Assembly (NCBI GenBank): GCA_949288955.1
Contig: CASEMS010000002.1
Location: 6,490 to 70,489, forward strand
DNA from: an uncultured Lentisphaeraceae bacterium
Lineage (GTDB): Bacteria > Verrucomicrobiota > Kiritimatiellia > RFP12 > DVOR01
DNA length: 64,000 nucleotides
Reading direction: 5' to 3'
Under the pieces are notes generated by a model. That model was not told the DNA's origin, did not search any database, and saw only the letters and a program-made list of their open reading frames with translations. Positions 18,097-27,158 of the stretch are shown here, piece after piece (position 1 is the first letter of the stretch; the number at the start of each line of letters is the position of its first letter). Position numbers and translations under genes: made by a program.

Positions 18097-19063
18097 CCCC
18101 ATCCCCACCCTCCGCAACAACTGGCCGTGGAAAGTCGCCGCCCTGGCCGTGGCGCTCATCGTCTTCTTCGGCGTGCGCCGCTCCGTCAGCTACACGCAGA
18201 CGCTGACGCTCTCGGTGGAGGCCGAGACGGTGGAGGGCACCCAGGCGCTGATGGGGGTGAGCCCCGGCGTGGTGAGCGTGACCTTCCGCGGCTCGGAGGC
18301 CGCCATCCGCCGCCTGTCCGTGCCGGGCGCCGAGCCGCCGATCGTCCGCCTGCGCCTGCGCCAGCCGCCCGAGGGCGCCTCCTCCGAGCGCATCCGCCTG
18401 ACGCGCCGCGACGTGCTGTGCGACGACGGGCTGCGCGTGGTCTCCATCGAGCCCTCGTCCGTGGTGGCGACCTTCGACACGCGCGCCACCCGGGTCTTCC
18501 AGGTCTCCGAGCCGATCGTCGTCGGCACCCCGACCTTCGGGGAGGTGCAGGTGAGCATCGAGCCCAAGACCGTCGAGGTGACCGGGTCGCGCGCGCTCTT
18601 GGAGGAGTTCGACGAGGCGCGCTCGCGCCTGGCGACCGCCACGCTTGACGTGGCCAACCGCTCCACCGGCTTCCAGACCGTCCTCAAGGTGCTCCCGCCC
18701 GACAGCCGCGCCGGCTGGGTGCTGCGCCCCGACAGCGTGCGCGCCGACGTGCGCATCGTCCGCGAGGATGGCTCGCGCGATTTCCACGAGGTGCCCGTGC
18801 GCGTGCTCCAATCGGCCTCCGGCCGGCGTTACCGCCCGGACTTCCCCACCGTCAAGGTCACCGCCTGGGGGGCGCGCCGCGAGTTGGCGACCATCGACCC
18901 CGCCGGCGTGGTCGCCTTGGTGGAGGAGCGGGAGGATGGCGAGGCCTCGGTGCCGATCGTCGTCCTCCCCTGCTCCAACCGCGTCAGCCGCGTGGAGATC
19001 GACCCGCCGCGGGTGTCCCTGACGCCGGAGCCCCCCGCGGGGCAGGAAGGAGGCGCGCGATGA
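18089..19063 (+). CDS. cdaR: CdaR/YbbR-like regulator
   Basis: NNWPWKVAALAVAL N-terminal anchor, repeated P..V.V.G YbbR-like modules; follows cdaA. Confidence 0.75.
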   Translation: MRNPIPTLRNNWPWKVAALAVALIVFFGVRRSVSYTQTLTLSVEAETVEGTQALMGVSPGVVSVTFRGSEAAIRRLSVPGAEPPIVRLRLRQPPEGASSERIRLTRRDVLCDDGLRVVSIEPSSVVATFDTRATRVFQVSEPIVVGTPTFGEVQVSIEPKTVEVTGSRALLEEFDEARSRLATATLDVANRSTGFQTVLKVLPPDSRAGWVLRPDSVRADVRIVREDGSRDFHEVPVRVLQSASGRRYRPDFPTVKVTAWGARRELATIDPAGVVALVEEREDGEASVPIVVLPCSNRVSRVEIDPPRVSLTPEPPAGQEGGAR

Positions 19064-20445
19064 GGCTCACCGGTGGGCAATGGCGTTGGTTCCTCGGCGC
19101 GGGCCTGTGCGTCGCCCTCGCCGCCGTGGCCGCGGTGCTGGCGGACGCGCTGCTGGCGCGTCTGCGCCCGACGGTCGACCTGAGCGCGTGGGGCGTGGGG
19201 CCGACGCTTTCCGAGCGCGGGCGCGCCACGCTCACCGACACCTCCGGCCTCATCGCCGTGACCTGCGTCCTCCCCGCCGAATCCCCCGCCGCGCTCCCGG
19301 TCGGGCGGTTGCTGCGCGCCTTCGCCCAAGCCTCGCGCGACGCCGCGGGCGCCACCTTCGCCATCGACTACGTCGACCCCCGCATGGAGGTCGGCGCGGC
19401 CACGCGCCTGATGGCCCAAGGCGCCGAGGGCCCCGGCGTGCTTCTGCGCCAGGCGGGGCGCCACGCCTTCGTGCCCGAGAGCGCGCTGCTCTCCCCCCAG
19501 GGCGTCTACGACCCGGCCGAGGCCGAAAGCGCCGTCGCCGCCGCCATCGCCCGCCTCTCCCGCGCCGAAGGGCTGGAGGTGGGGTGGCTGACGGGCCACG
19601 GCGAGCCGGCCTTCGACGGCACCAACCCGCTCTCCGGCTTCTCCGGCCTGCGCCGCGCGTTGGAGAACGAAGGGTGCCGCCTCCGCCCTGTAACATTGGA
19701 CGTGGCGGCGGAGGATGGCGGCCTGCCCGCCTCCGTCGGCGCGCTGATGATCGTCGCCCCATGCTATCCCGTTACCTCCGCCGAGCGGGCCTTCCTGCTT
19801 GACTGGCTGGACCGCGGGGGGCGCCTCTTCTGCGCGCTCCCCGGCGCCGGCGACGCGGGGCTCGGGCCGCTTCTGGAACGGTGGGGCATCCGCTTCGGCA
19901 CGTGGCCGCGCGTCCCCGCCCACCGCATCGAGGGGGATGCGGGGCTCACCGACCTCTTGGCGGCCGACCATCCCGTCACGCGGGAGCTCGCGGGCAAGGC
20001 GCGGTTGGTCTTCGGCGCGCCCCGGGCGTTGGTGCCCGAGACCGTGCGCGGCGTCTCCGTCACCCCCCTCGTCCGGCTGGAGGCCGCGCCGATCCCCGGC
20101 GGCGCGCAGACGAACCAGACTGTGGCCGTGGCCGTGGCCGCCGAGCGCGGGGGCCGCGTGGGCGCGGATCTGGCGTTCCGCCCGGGCCGCGTGGTGGCCG
20201 TGGGCGAGGCGGCCTTCGCCGAGAACCGCTACGTGCTGAACCACGCCACCGCGAACCGCGACTTGGCGGTGAACGCGATCCGTTGGCTCACCGGCCTCTC
20301 CGGGAGCGGCGCGCGTACGGGCGCCGGCGTGCTCCGCGTGGGCGGGGACGCCCATGCCTGGAGGATGGACTTCCTGACGGTGGCGCTGGGCGTGCCGTTC
20401 GCGCTGTGCCTGGCGCTCTGGCTCTTGACACGGAGGCGTGGATGA
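19060..20445 (+). CDS. GldG-like (ABC-type uncharacterised auxiliary) membrane protein
   Basis: N-terminal TM, YVDP, WLTGHGE, GRVVAVG...N..NRDLAVNAIRWL, C-terminal TM. Confidence 0.75.
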   Translation: MRLTGGQWRWFLGAGLCVALAAVAAVLADALLARLRPTVDLSAWGVGPTLSERGRATLTDTSGLIAVTCVLPAESPAALPVGRLLRAFAQASRDAAGATFAIDYVDPRMEVGAATRLMAQGAEGPGVLLRQAGRHAFVPESALLSPQGVYDPAEAESAVAAAIARLSRAEGLEVGWLTGHGEPAFDGTNPLSGFSGLRRALENEGCRLRPVTLDVAAEDGGLPASVGALMIVAPCYPVTSAERAFLLDWLDRGGRLFCALPGAGDAGLGPLLERWGIRFGTWPRVPAHRIEGDAGLTDLLAADHPVTRELAGKARLVFGAPRALVPETVRGVSVTPLVRLEAAPIPGGAQTNQTVAVAVAAERGGRVGADLAFRPGRVVAVGEAAFAENRYVLNHATANRDLAVNAIRWLTGLSGSGARTGAGVLRVGGDAHAWRMDFLTVALGVPFALCLALWLLTRRRG

Positions 20446-22280
20446 GGTTCGTCCGGAACATCGTGGCGCTGCTGTGCCTGGTGGCGCTCCTCGCCGCCGG
20501 GTTGGTGGCGGAACGTTTCCTGGGGCGGGGGACGGCGTTCGCCGTCGGCGCCCCGCTGATCCCCGTCCCGCCCGAGACGGTCGTGGGGCTGTCGTGGGAC
20601 GTGGAGGCGCCCAACGGCGCGCTCCGCGAGATGACGCTCCGGCGCGAGGGGGAGTTCTGGCGGATGGGCCAGCCCTACCCCGAGACGCTCTGCGACGCCG
20701 CCGCCGTGGCCGACTTCCTGGACGCGCTTCAGGGGCTGCGCGTGCAGGCCCGCCTGGGCCCCGCCGAGGGGAGCGCCTTCCGCGCCGTGCGCAGGCTGGT
20801 CGTCCGCACGCCGGAGATGGCGTTCGCCCGCGGCTTCGGCGGCACGCAGCCGATGGCGTTGGCGCAGACGTTGGCCGAGGCGGATGGCACGTTGGTCTCC
20901 GTGGAGGCGGCGGCGGTGGCGCGTCTGCCGCGCACCGCCGCGACGCTGCGCGCGCAGGCCATCCTGCCCGTCAGCCCAGACCGCGTGGTGGCGTTGGAAT
21001 GGCGCGGGCCGGGGCGGCCTTTCGCCCGTGCGCAACGCCTCCCGGGCGGCAATTGGGAGGTCTCCCGCCCCATCCCCTTCGAGGTCGAGGCCCACGACGC
21101 CGAGCGTGCGCTGACCCTGCTGACACGGGCGGACACCATCAACGCCTACGTCCGCCCCGCGGACGACGCGCCCTTCGCGCCGGACCGCCCGCTCCCGGAG
21201 ACGGCGTTGGACGCCTATGGGTTGGACGAGGAGGCGGCCCTGCGCGTCTCCGTCTACGTGCGCGGGCTGGACGACCCGCTGACGCTGCGTTTCGGCGCCG
21301 CGGACCCCGCCCGCAAGGGGGCGGTCTTCTGCCTGCTCGACGATGGGCGCTCGGTGGTCTCCGTGTCGGCGTCGCTGCCGGATTGCCTGGGGGCGTCGGG
21401 GCCCTTCGTGGCGGAGTTCCAGGAGTTCATGGTGTTGGGCGAGGCGTTGGCGGCGGGGGCCGACCGCCTGACCGTCCGCCTGAGGGGGCAGGAGACGCCC
21501 GTGGAGCTGACCTGGGGGGGCGTGGGGCGCGCCCGGCTGACGCTGCCCACGGCCCTCCCCGCGGACGAGGCGATAACGCGCGACCTCTTCTTAGGGCTGA
21601 CCGCGTTCTCCGGGGAGGTGACCGGCCTGGAGCCGCCCGCCGGCGTGGAACCCCTCGGCTCCGTCACCGTGGCCCAGTCGGACGGCTCCACGCCGCCGGT
21701 CACGCTCGATTTCTATCCCGCGCAGGAGGCCGATCGCCTGTTGGCATGGCGCGCCGACCAAGGGCGGCTCTATCGCGTCGCCCGCGACCCGAAATTGGAG
21801 CTGTTGCTGTCGGAGGGGTTGCAGCATCGCCTGGCGGATCGCACGGTGCTCTCCGTGCCGGCGGGGCGGATCCGCCGCATCGCCGTCCTCCGGCGCGACG
21901 GCGCCCACTGTGCGGCCATCCGGCGCGGCGCCGCGCTGACGTGGGAGACCGAAAGCCCCGCGGGCACCTACGTGGCGACGGAGACCTTGGATGCGTGGCT
22001 GACGCGCTTCGCCGACCTCAAGGCGGGGCGGGTCCTGCGCGACGCGCCCGTCTCCCCCGCCGAATTGCGCCCCTATGGGCTGGATCGGCCGACGACGCGG
22101 CTGACCTTGGACTTGGATGGCGGGGCGGACGGCCTCCGGCGCGTGTTGCTCATCGGCGACCCCGACCCGAAGACCGGCGCGGCGCCCGCCTTGGTGCAGG
22201 GGCGCCCCGTGCTGTATGAGCTGGACGCCGAGACGGTGCGCCTGCTGTCGCGTTGGCCGATGCGGGAGGGCAAGGAATGA
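20442..22280 (+). CDS. DUF4340-like exported protein with repeated domains
   Basis: Start MRFVRNIVALL; repeated W...P...YGLD.P modules typical of GldG partners. Confidence 0.65.
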   Translation: MRFVRNIVALLCLVALLAAGLVAERFLGRGTAFAVGAPLIPVPPETVVGLSWDVEAPNGALREMTLRREGEFWRMGQPYPETLCDAAAVADFLDALQGLRVQARLGPAEGSAFRAVRRLVVRTPEMAFARGFGGTQPMALAQTLAEADGTLVSVEAAAVARLPRTAATLRAQAILPVSPDRVVALEWRGPGRPFARAQRLPGGNWEVSRPIPFEVEAHDAERALTLLTRADTINAYVRPADDAPFAPDRPLPETALDAYGLDEEAALRVSVYVRGLDDPLTLRFGAADPARKGAVFCLLDDGRSVVSVSASLPDCLGASGPFVAEFQEFMVLGEALAAGADRLTVRLRGQETPVELTWGGVGRARLTLPTALPADEAITRDLFLGLTAFSGEVTGLEPPAGVEPLGSVTVAQSDGSTPPVTLDFYPAQEADRLLAWRADQGRLYRVARDPKLELLLSEGLQHRLADRTVLSVPAGRIRRIAVLRRDGAHCAAIRRGAALTWETESPAGTYVATETLDAWLTRFADLKAGRVLRDAPVSPAELRPYGLDRPTTRLTLDLDGGADGLRRVLLIGDPDPKTGAAPALVQGRPVLYELDAETVRLLSRWPMREGKE

Positions 22281-23707
22281 ATGGGAGTTGCGTGCCGTTG
22301 GAGGCGCTGAGCGAGGCGGCCTTCCTGACAGACGGGGATTTCCGCGTGGTGGACTGCAACGCGCGGGCGGTGGAACTGCTCCGCGCCCCCTCGCGCGAGG
22401 CCGTCATCGGCCGCGACGCCTCCGACATGCCCAACGACCACGACCTCGCCGCCGAGTTCCCCACCTATCTGCGCGAGCGCCTCACCGCCGTCCCCTTCGT
22501 CTCCTTGGAGAACCACGCCGCGCGCGACGACGGCACCACCTTCGTCGCCGAGGCCGTCCTCCACCGTCTCTCCGACGGCAACGTGCTCATCATGGTGCGC
22601 GACGTCACCGCCCGCGTCGAAAGCCTCCACCGCGCCGAGGAGGCCAACGAGCGTCTCCGCGCCGCCATCCGCGACCGCATGGAGTTCGTCTCCAACGTCT
22701 CGCACGAGCTCCGCACCCCGCTCACCTCGATGTCCTACGCGATCGGCAATATGCTCCGTGGCATTTGCGGCCCCCTCCCCCAGAAGGCGCAGGACTATCT
22801 TGGGCGCTTGCAGGTGGACGTCAAGCGCCTGATGACCACCGTCAACGACATCCTCGACCTCCGCCAGATGGAGAATGGCACCCTGACCCTCCGCAAAAGC
22901 CTCGTGCCCCTCGCCCACCTCCTCGCCGAATCGGCCGACGCCCTCCTCATCCAGGCCCAGGCCAAGCGCCAGACCCTCACCGTCGCCCCGGCCCCCAAGG
23001 AGATTTACGCGGAGGCCGACCGCCACAAAGTGGAGCGCGTCTTCTTCAACATCCTCTCCAACGCCGTCAAGTACACCCCCGAGGGCGGCACCATCCACGC
23101 CTCCATCCGCGCCGAGGGCAAGGACGCCCTCATCCAGGTGGACGACAACGGCATCGGCATCCCCCCCGAGGCCCTCCCCCGCGTCTCCCAGCGTTACTTC
23201 CGCGTGGGCGACCAAGTGGCCGGCACGGGCCTCGGCCTCTCCATCGTCCGCGAGATCGTCGAGCTCCACGGCGGCACGCTCACCATCCAATCGCCCGTGC
23301 CCGGTGACGACCGCGGCACGCGCGTCGCCGTCCGCCTCCCCGCCTGCCCAGGGCCGGAGGTGGTGGTGGTCTCCGGCGACGAGGCGCTCATCGCCGCGCT
23401 CACCCCCCCGCTCACGGATCTGGGGCTGCGCGTCCGCCCCGACCGCGAGGGGCTCGACCTCGCCAAGGGCGGCCAAACCTCCGCGCCCCCGGCCCGCTTC
23501 ATCCTTGACGGCGCCCTCCCCGACTGTTGCCTCAGCGAGCTGATCTGCCAGATCCGCGGCGACGCCCGCCTCGCGCAGACCCCCATCCTCGTGCTCTCCC
23601 CCTTCGCCATCGACGCCAGCCGCCGCGCCGAATACGCCCGGATGCGCGTCGACCTTCGCCCGTGGCCCCTTCCCATCGAGGAGCTCCGGCCCCTCTTCCA
23701 GGCCTGA
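22277..23707 (+). CDS. Cytoplasmic PAS histidine kinase with a C-terminal receiver-like domain
   Basis: PAS, H-box SNVSHELRTPL, N-box NAVKY, DNGIGI, GTGLGL; C-terminal ILDGALP...TPILVLS. Confidence 0.9.
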   Translation: MNGSCVPLEALSEAAFLTDGDFRVVDCNARAVELLRAPSREAVIGRDASDMPNDHDLAAEFPTYLRERLTAVPFVSLENHAARDDGTTFVAEAVLHRLSDGNVLIMVRDVTARVESLHRAEEANERLRAAIRDRMEFVSNVSHELRTPLTSMSYAIGNMLRGICGPLPQKAQDYLGRLQVDVKRLMTTVNDILDLRQMENGTLTLRKSLVPLAHLLAESADALLIQAQAKRQTLTVAPAPKEIYAEADRHKVERVFFNILSNAVKYTPEGGTIHASIRAEGKDALIQVDDNGIGIPPEALPRVSQRYFRVGDQVAGTGLGLSIVREIVELHGGTLTIQSPVPGDDRGTRVAVRLPACPGPEVVVVSGDEALIAALTPPLTDLGLRVRPDREGLDLAKGGQTSAPPARFILDGALPDCCLSELICQIRGDARLAQTPILVLSPFAIDASRRAEYARMRVDLRPWPLPIEELRPLFQA

Positions 23708-23723
23708 CCGCCCCCGCGAGAGA

Positions 23724-23765
23724 CAAAAAAAGCCCCGCAAGGATTTCTCCTTGCGGGGCTTTTTG
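23724..23765. terminator. Bidirectional-type intrinsic terminator
   Basis: A-run-GCCCCGCAAGG...CCTTGCGGGGC-T-run. Confidence 0.85.
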
Positions 23766-23886
23766 TCGCTTCGGCGCGGGGGGTTGTCGTCCCATCCCCC
23801 GAGCCTCGGTGCATTGTGGCGTAGGCAGGGGGACAGACAGGCGTTTGGGGATTTGCGGGTCGGGCGGGATGTGGTATTATGCGAGT

Positions 23887-25992
23887 ATGAGAACGTTTGC
23901 ACTTCTTTTGGCCGCCTGCGTGGCGGGCGGGTCGATTATGGCGGCTCCGGCGCGTCATCCCTCCTATGAGCCGAAGGCCCCTGGGGCCGTCGGGCCGGAG
24001 AATCTCTTCCGTGGCGCGAAGGCCACGGCGAAGGATCAGTGGAGCGACCGCGCGCCAGGGCTTGCGGTGAATGGGAACCGCAACCGCAACGACCATTGGG
24101 CGAGTGATTCGCTGCCGGCGTGGCACCAGCTCGATCTGGGGGAGGCAAAGACCTTCGCGTCGGTGCGGGTGGTGCCGTATTTCGGCGATGGGCGCGTCTA
24201 TGGCTTCAAGGTGGAGGGGTCTCTGGACGGGAAGACGTGGGCGATGATCGGGGATCGGACGGCGAACTCGATCGAGGGGGGGCCGGACGGCTTCCTGTTG
24301 GATTTGGACAAGCCGATGACGGCGCGTTACGTGCGGACGACCTTCACGCGGAACACGGCGAACAACGCGGGGCATCTGGTGGAGATCGAGGGGTACGCGG
24401 CGACGCAGGGAGGGGAGCCGCGCCTGATCCCGGTCTCGATGCGGCAGCGGTTCGGCCGGGACACGCTGAGCGGTCTGTCGGCGCCGGAGTCGCCGGAGGT
24501 GGCGTTGCGCGGGTGGCGCGGTGAGCGCGTGGCGGCGCAGGTGCTGGTGGAGGCGCCGGAGGGCTTCAAGGAGCTTCGCGCGGAGCCGTGCGTACTGCGG
24601 TCGGCGGATGGGCGGGAGGTGCCCGTCCGGGTGGATGTGGTGCGTTACACGCTGGGCAACGGGAAGTTGGTGGCGGACATCCTGGATGGGACGGCGCAGA
24701 CGCGCTTCGAGGGCGTGGTGCGGCCGTTCGTGCTGACGGTGGACATCCCGGCGGACGCGCCGGAGTCGGCGGAGGGAACCTTCGCGGTGCGGGTGAACGG
24801 AAAGCGCCTGGCGTGCGCGGTGCGTCTGCGGGCGGACGCGATGGTGCTGCCCCCGCCTTCGGAGTGGTCGGCGCACGTGGATCTGTGGCAGCATCCGGAC
24901 GCGGTGGCACGGTGGCATGACGTGCCGGCGTGGTCGGAGGAGCATTTCCGTCTGCTGAAGCCGTATATGGAGCGCTTGGCCTCGATGGGGCAGAAGACCA
25001 TCACCGCCACGCTCATCGACGAGGCGTGGAATGAGCAGACGTATGACCGTTTCCGCTCGATGGTTGGCATCTCGCGGAAGGCGGATGGCACGTGGGTTTA
25101 CGATTACTCGGTCTTCGACCGTTGGGTGACCTTCATGCGGGAGGAGATCGGGTTGCGCAATGCGACGATCTCGTGCTACAGCATGTTGCCGTGGTCGCTG
25201 ACCTTCCCTTATTATGATGAGGCGCAGGGGCGGACGGTGGCGCCGAAGCTGAATCCTGGGACGGCGGAGTACGAGGCGTTCTGGGGAAGCCTGCTGGAGG
25301 ACTTCGTGCGGCATGTGCGGGCGAAGGGTTGGGAGGGAATCACGCGCATCGCGATGGACGAGCGGCCGGATTACCTCTTCAAGCCGGCGTTGGCGGTGGC
25401 GCGCAAGCACGCGCCGTCGCTGAAGATCGTGGCGGCGTGCAACGCGCCCAGCAACATCACGGCGGACTTCGATGACTGCTCCTATGGCTTCCATATCTGC
25501 GAGCGGCTGGTGAAGTTGGCCGCCGAGCGCCGCGCGCAGGGGAAGCAGACGACCTTCTACGTCTGTTGTAGCCCGGCGCGCCCCAACACCTTCATGGCCT
25601 CCGGTTTGGCGGAGAGCGAGTGGCTCTTCCCGATGGCGGCGCATTACGGGCTGGATGGGATGCTGCGCTGGACCTTCCAGTCGTGGGTCGAGAATCCGCT
25701 CGTCTGCCAGGACTACACCACGTGGCCCAGCGGCGACACGTCGCTGATCTATCCCGGGAACCGCCCGAGCCTGCGTTGGGAGGGGCTGCGCAACGGAATC
25801 GAGACCTTCGAGAAGGTGCGGCTCCTGCGTGCGGCGGCCAAGGCCAAGGGGAAACCCGAGGCCATCGCCCCCGTGGAGGCGGCGCTCAAGGCCTTCACCG
25901 TCGCCCGTGGCGGCAAGGCGGGCAACCCTTACGAGGCGGATCTGATTGCGTTGGATCGGGCCTTGGAGGCGGCGACCGAGGCGCTCCGATGA
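23887..25992 (+). CDS. Secreted glycoside hydrolase, GH123/DUF4091-like, with N-terminal F5/8 type C domain
   Basis: Signal peptide, discoidin motifs (WHQLDLG, ARYVR), WRGER, DLWQHP, DER, PSGDTSLIYPG...SLRWE. Confidence 0.75.
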   Translation: MRTFALLLAACVAGGSIMAAPARHPSYEPKAPGAVGPENLFRGAKATAKDQWSDRAPGLAVNGNRNRNDHWASDSLPAWHQLDLGEAKTFASVRVVPYFGDGRVYGFKVEGSLDGKTWAMIGDRTANSIEGGPDGFLLDLDKPMTARYVRTTFTRNTANNAGHLVEIEGYAATQGGEPRLIPVSMRQRFGRDTLSGLSAPESPEVALRGWRGERVAAQVLVEAPEGFKELRAEPCVLRSADGREVPVRVDVVRYTLGNGKLVADILDGTAQTRFEGVVRPFVLTVDIPADAPESAEGTFAVRVNGKRLACAVRLRADAMVLPPPSEWSAHVDLWQHPDAVARWHDVPAWSEEHFRLLKPYMERLASMGQKTITATLIDEAWNEQTYDRFRSMVGISRKADGTWVYDYSVFDRWVTFMREEIGLRNATISCYSMLPWSLTFPYYDEAQGRTVAPKLNPGTAEYEAFWGSLLEDFVRHVRAKGWEGITRIAMDERPDYLFKPALAVARKHAPSLKIVAACNAPSNITADFDDCSYGFHICERLVKLAAERRAQGKQTTFYVCCSPARPNTFMASGLAESEWLFPMAAHYGLDGMLRWTFQSWVENPLVCQDYTTWPSGDTSLIYPGNRPSLRWEGLRNGIETFEKVRLLRAAAKAKGKPEAIAPVEAALKAFTVARGGKAGNPYEADLIALDRALEAATEALR

Positions 25993-26035
25993 GCGGCGGA
26001 CGCGGATTTCGTGTTGTTGAGAAAGGAACTCAGTC

Positions 26036-27136
26036 ATGGCAATTGTTGATGTGAAGCCGGCGGCCTCCTGCCGTTGGGACATCGTTTCCTTGGGCGAGGT
26101 GATGTTGCGCCTGGATCCCGGTGAGGGGCGCATCCACACCACCCGCCAATTCACCGTCTGGGAGGGTGGCGGCGAGTACAACGTCGCGCGCGGTCTGCGG
26201 CGGTGCTTCGGCATGCGGGCCTCGGTGGTCACGGCGTTGGCGGACAACCCGGTGGGCCGACTGGTCGAGGACTTCATCCTCCAAGGCGGGGTGGACACCT
26301 CGCACATCCGGTGGGCGCCCTATGACGGCGTGGGCTGGAACGTCCGCAACGGCCTGAACTTCACCGAGCGCGGCTTCGGCGCGCGCGGGGCGCGCGGTTG
26401 CTCCGACCGCGGCCACACCGCCATCGCGGCGCTTCGCGTGGGCGATGTCGACTGGGACGCGCTCTTCGGCGGCGAGGGCGTGCGCTGGTTCCACACCGGC
26501 GGCATCTTCGCGGGGCTCTCGGGCACCACCCCCGAGGTCGCCATCGAGGCCCTCAAGGCCGCCAAGCGCAACGGCGTCATCACCTCCTACGACCTCAATT
26601 ACCGTCCTTCCCTCTGGAAGGGCAACGGCGGCCAGGAGCACGCCCGCGCCGTCAACCGCGAGTTGGCGCAGTATGTGGACGTGATGATTGGCAACGAGGA
26701 GGACTTCACCGCGGCCCTCGGGCTGGAGGTGCCGGGTGTGGACAAGAACCTCACCGCGCTCCCCGTCGATGGCTTCAAGCGCATGATCGGCGAGGCCGTC
26801 AAGGCCTATCCCAACTTCAAGGTCGTGGCCACCACCCTCCGCGCCGTGAAGACCGCCACCGTCAACGACTGGGGCGCCATCTGCTGGGCCGATGGGCAGT
26901 TCCACGAGGCCACCCCGCGCCCCGGCCTGGAGATCCTCGACCGCGTGGGCGGCGGGGACAGCTTCGCCTCGGGTCTCATCTATGGCCTGATGGAGAAGGG
27001 CGACCCCGAGGCCGCCGTGAACTACGGCGCGGCGCATGGCGCGCTGGCCATGACCACGCCCGGCGACACCTCGATGGCCACGTTGGCCGAGGTGGAGAAG
27101 CTGGTGGGCGGCGGCTCCGCCCGCGTGGACCGTTGA
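26036..27136 (+). CDS. kdgK: 2-keto-3-deoxygluconate kinase (PfkB family)
   Basis: GEVMLRL, GGGEYNVA, SYDLNYRPSLW, DRVGGGDSFA; uronate operon context. Confidence 0.85.
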   Translation: MAIVDVKPAASCRWDIVSLGEVMLRLDPGEGRIHTTRQFTVWEGGGEYNVARGLRRCFGMRASVVTALADNPVGRLVEDFILQGGVDTSHIRWAPYDGVGWNVRNGLNFTERGFGARGARGCSDRGHTAIAALRVGDVDWDALFGGEGVRWFHTGGIFAGLSGTTPEVAIEALKAAKRNGVITSYDLNYRPSLWKGNGGQEHARAVNRELAQYVDVMIGNEEDFTAALGLEVPGVDKNLTALPVDGFKRMIGEAVKAYPNFKVVATTLRAVKTATVNDWGAICWADGQFHEATPRPGLEILDRVGGGDSFASGLIYGLMEKGDPEAAVNYGAAHGALAMTTPGDTSMATLAEVEKLVGGGSARVDR

Positions 27137-27158
27137 GCAAGGCAAGGAGCAGAGCGTC

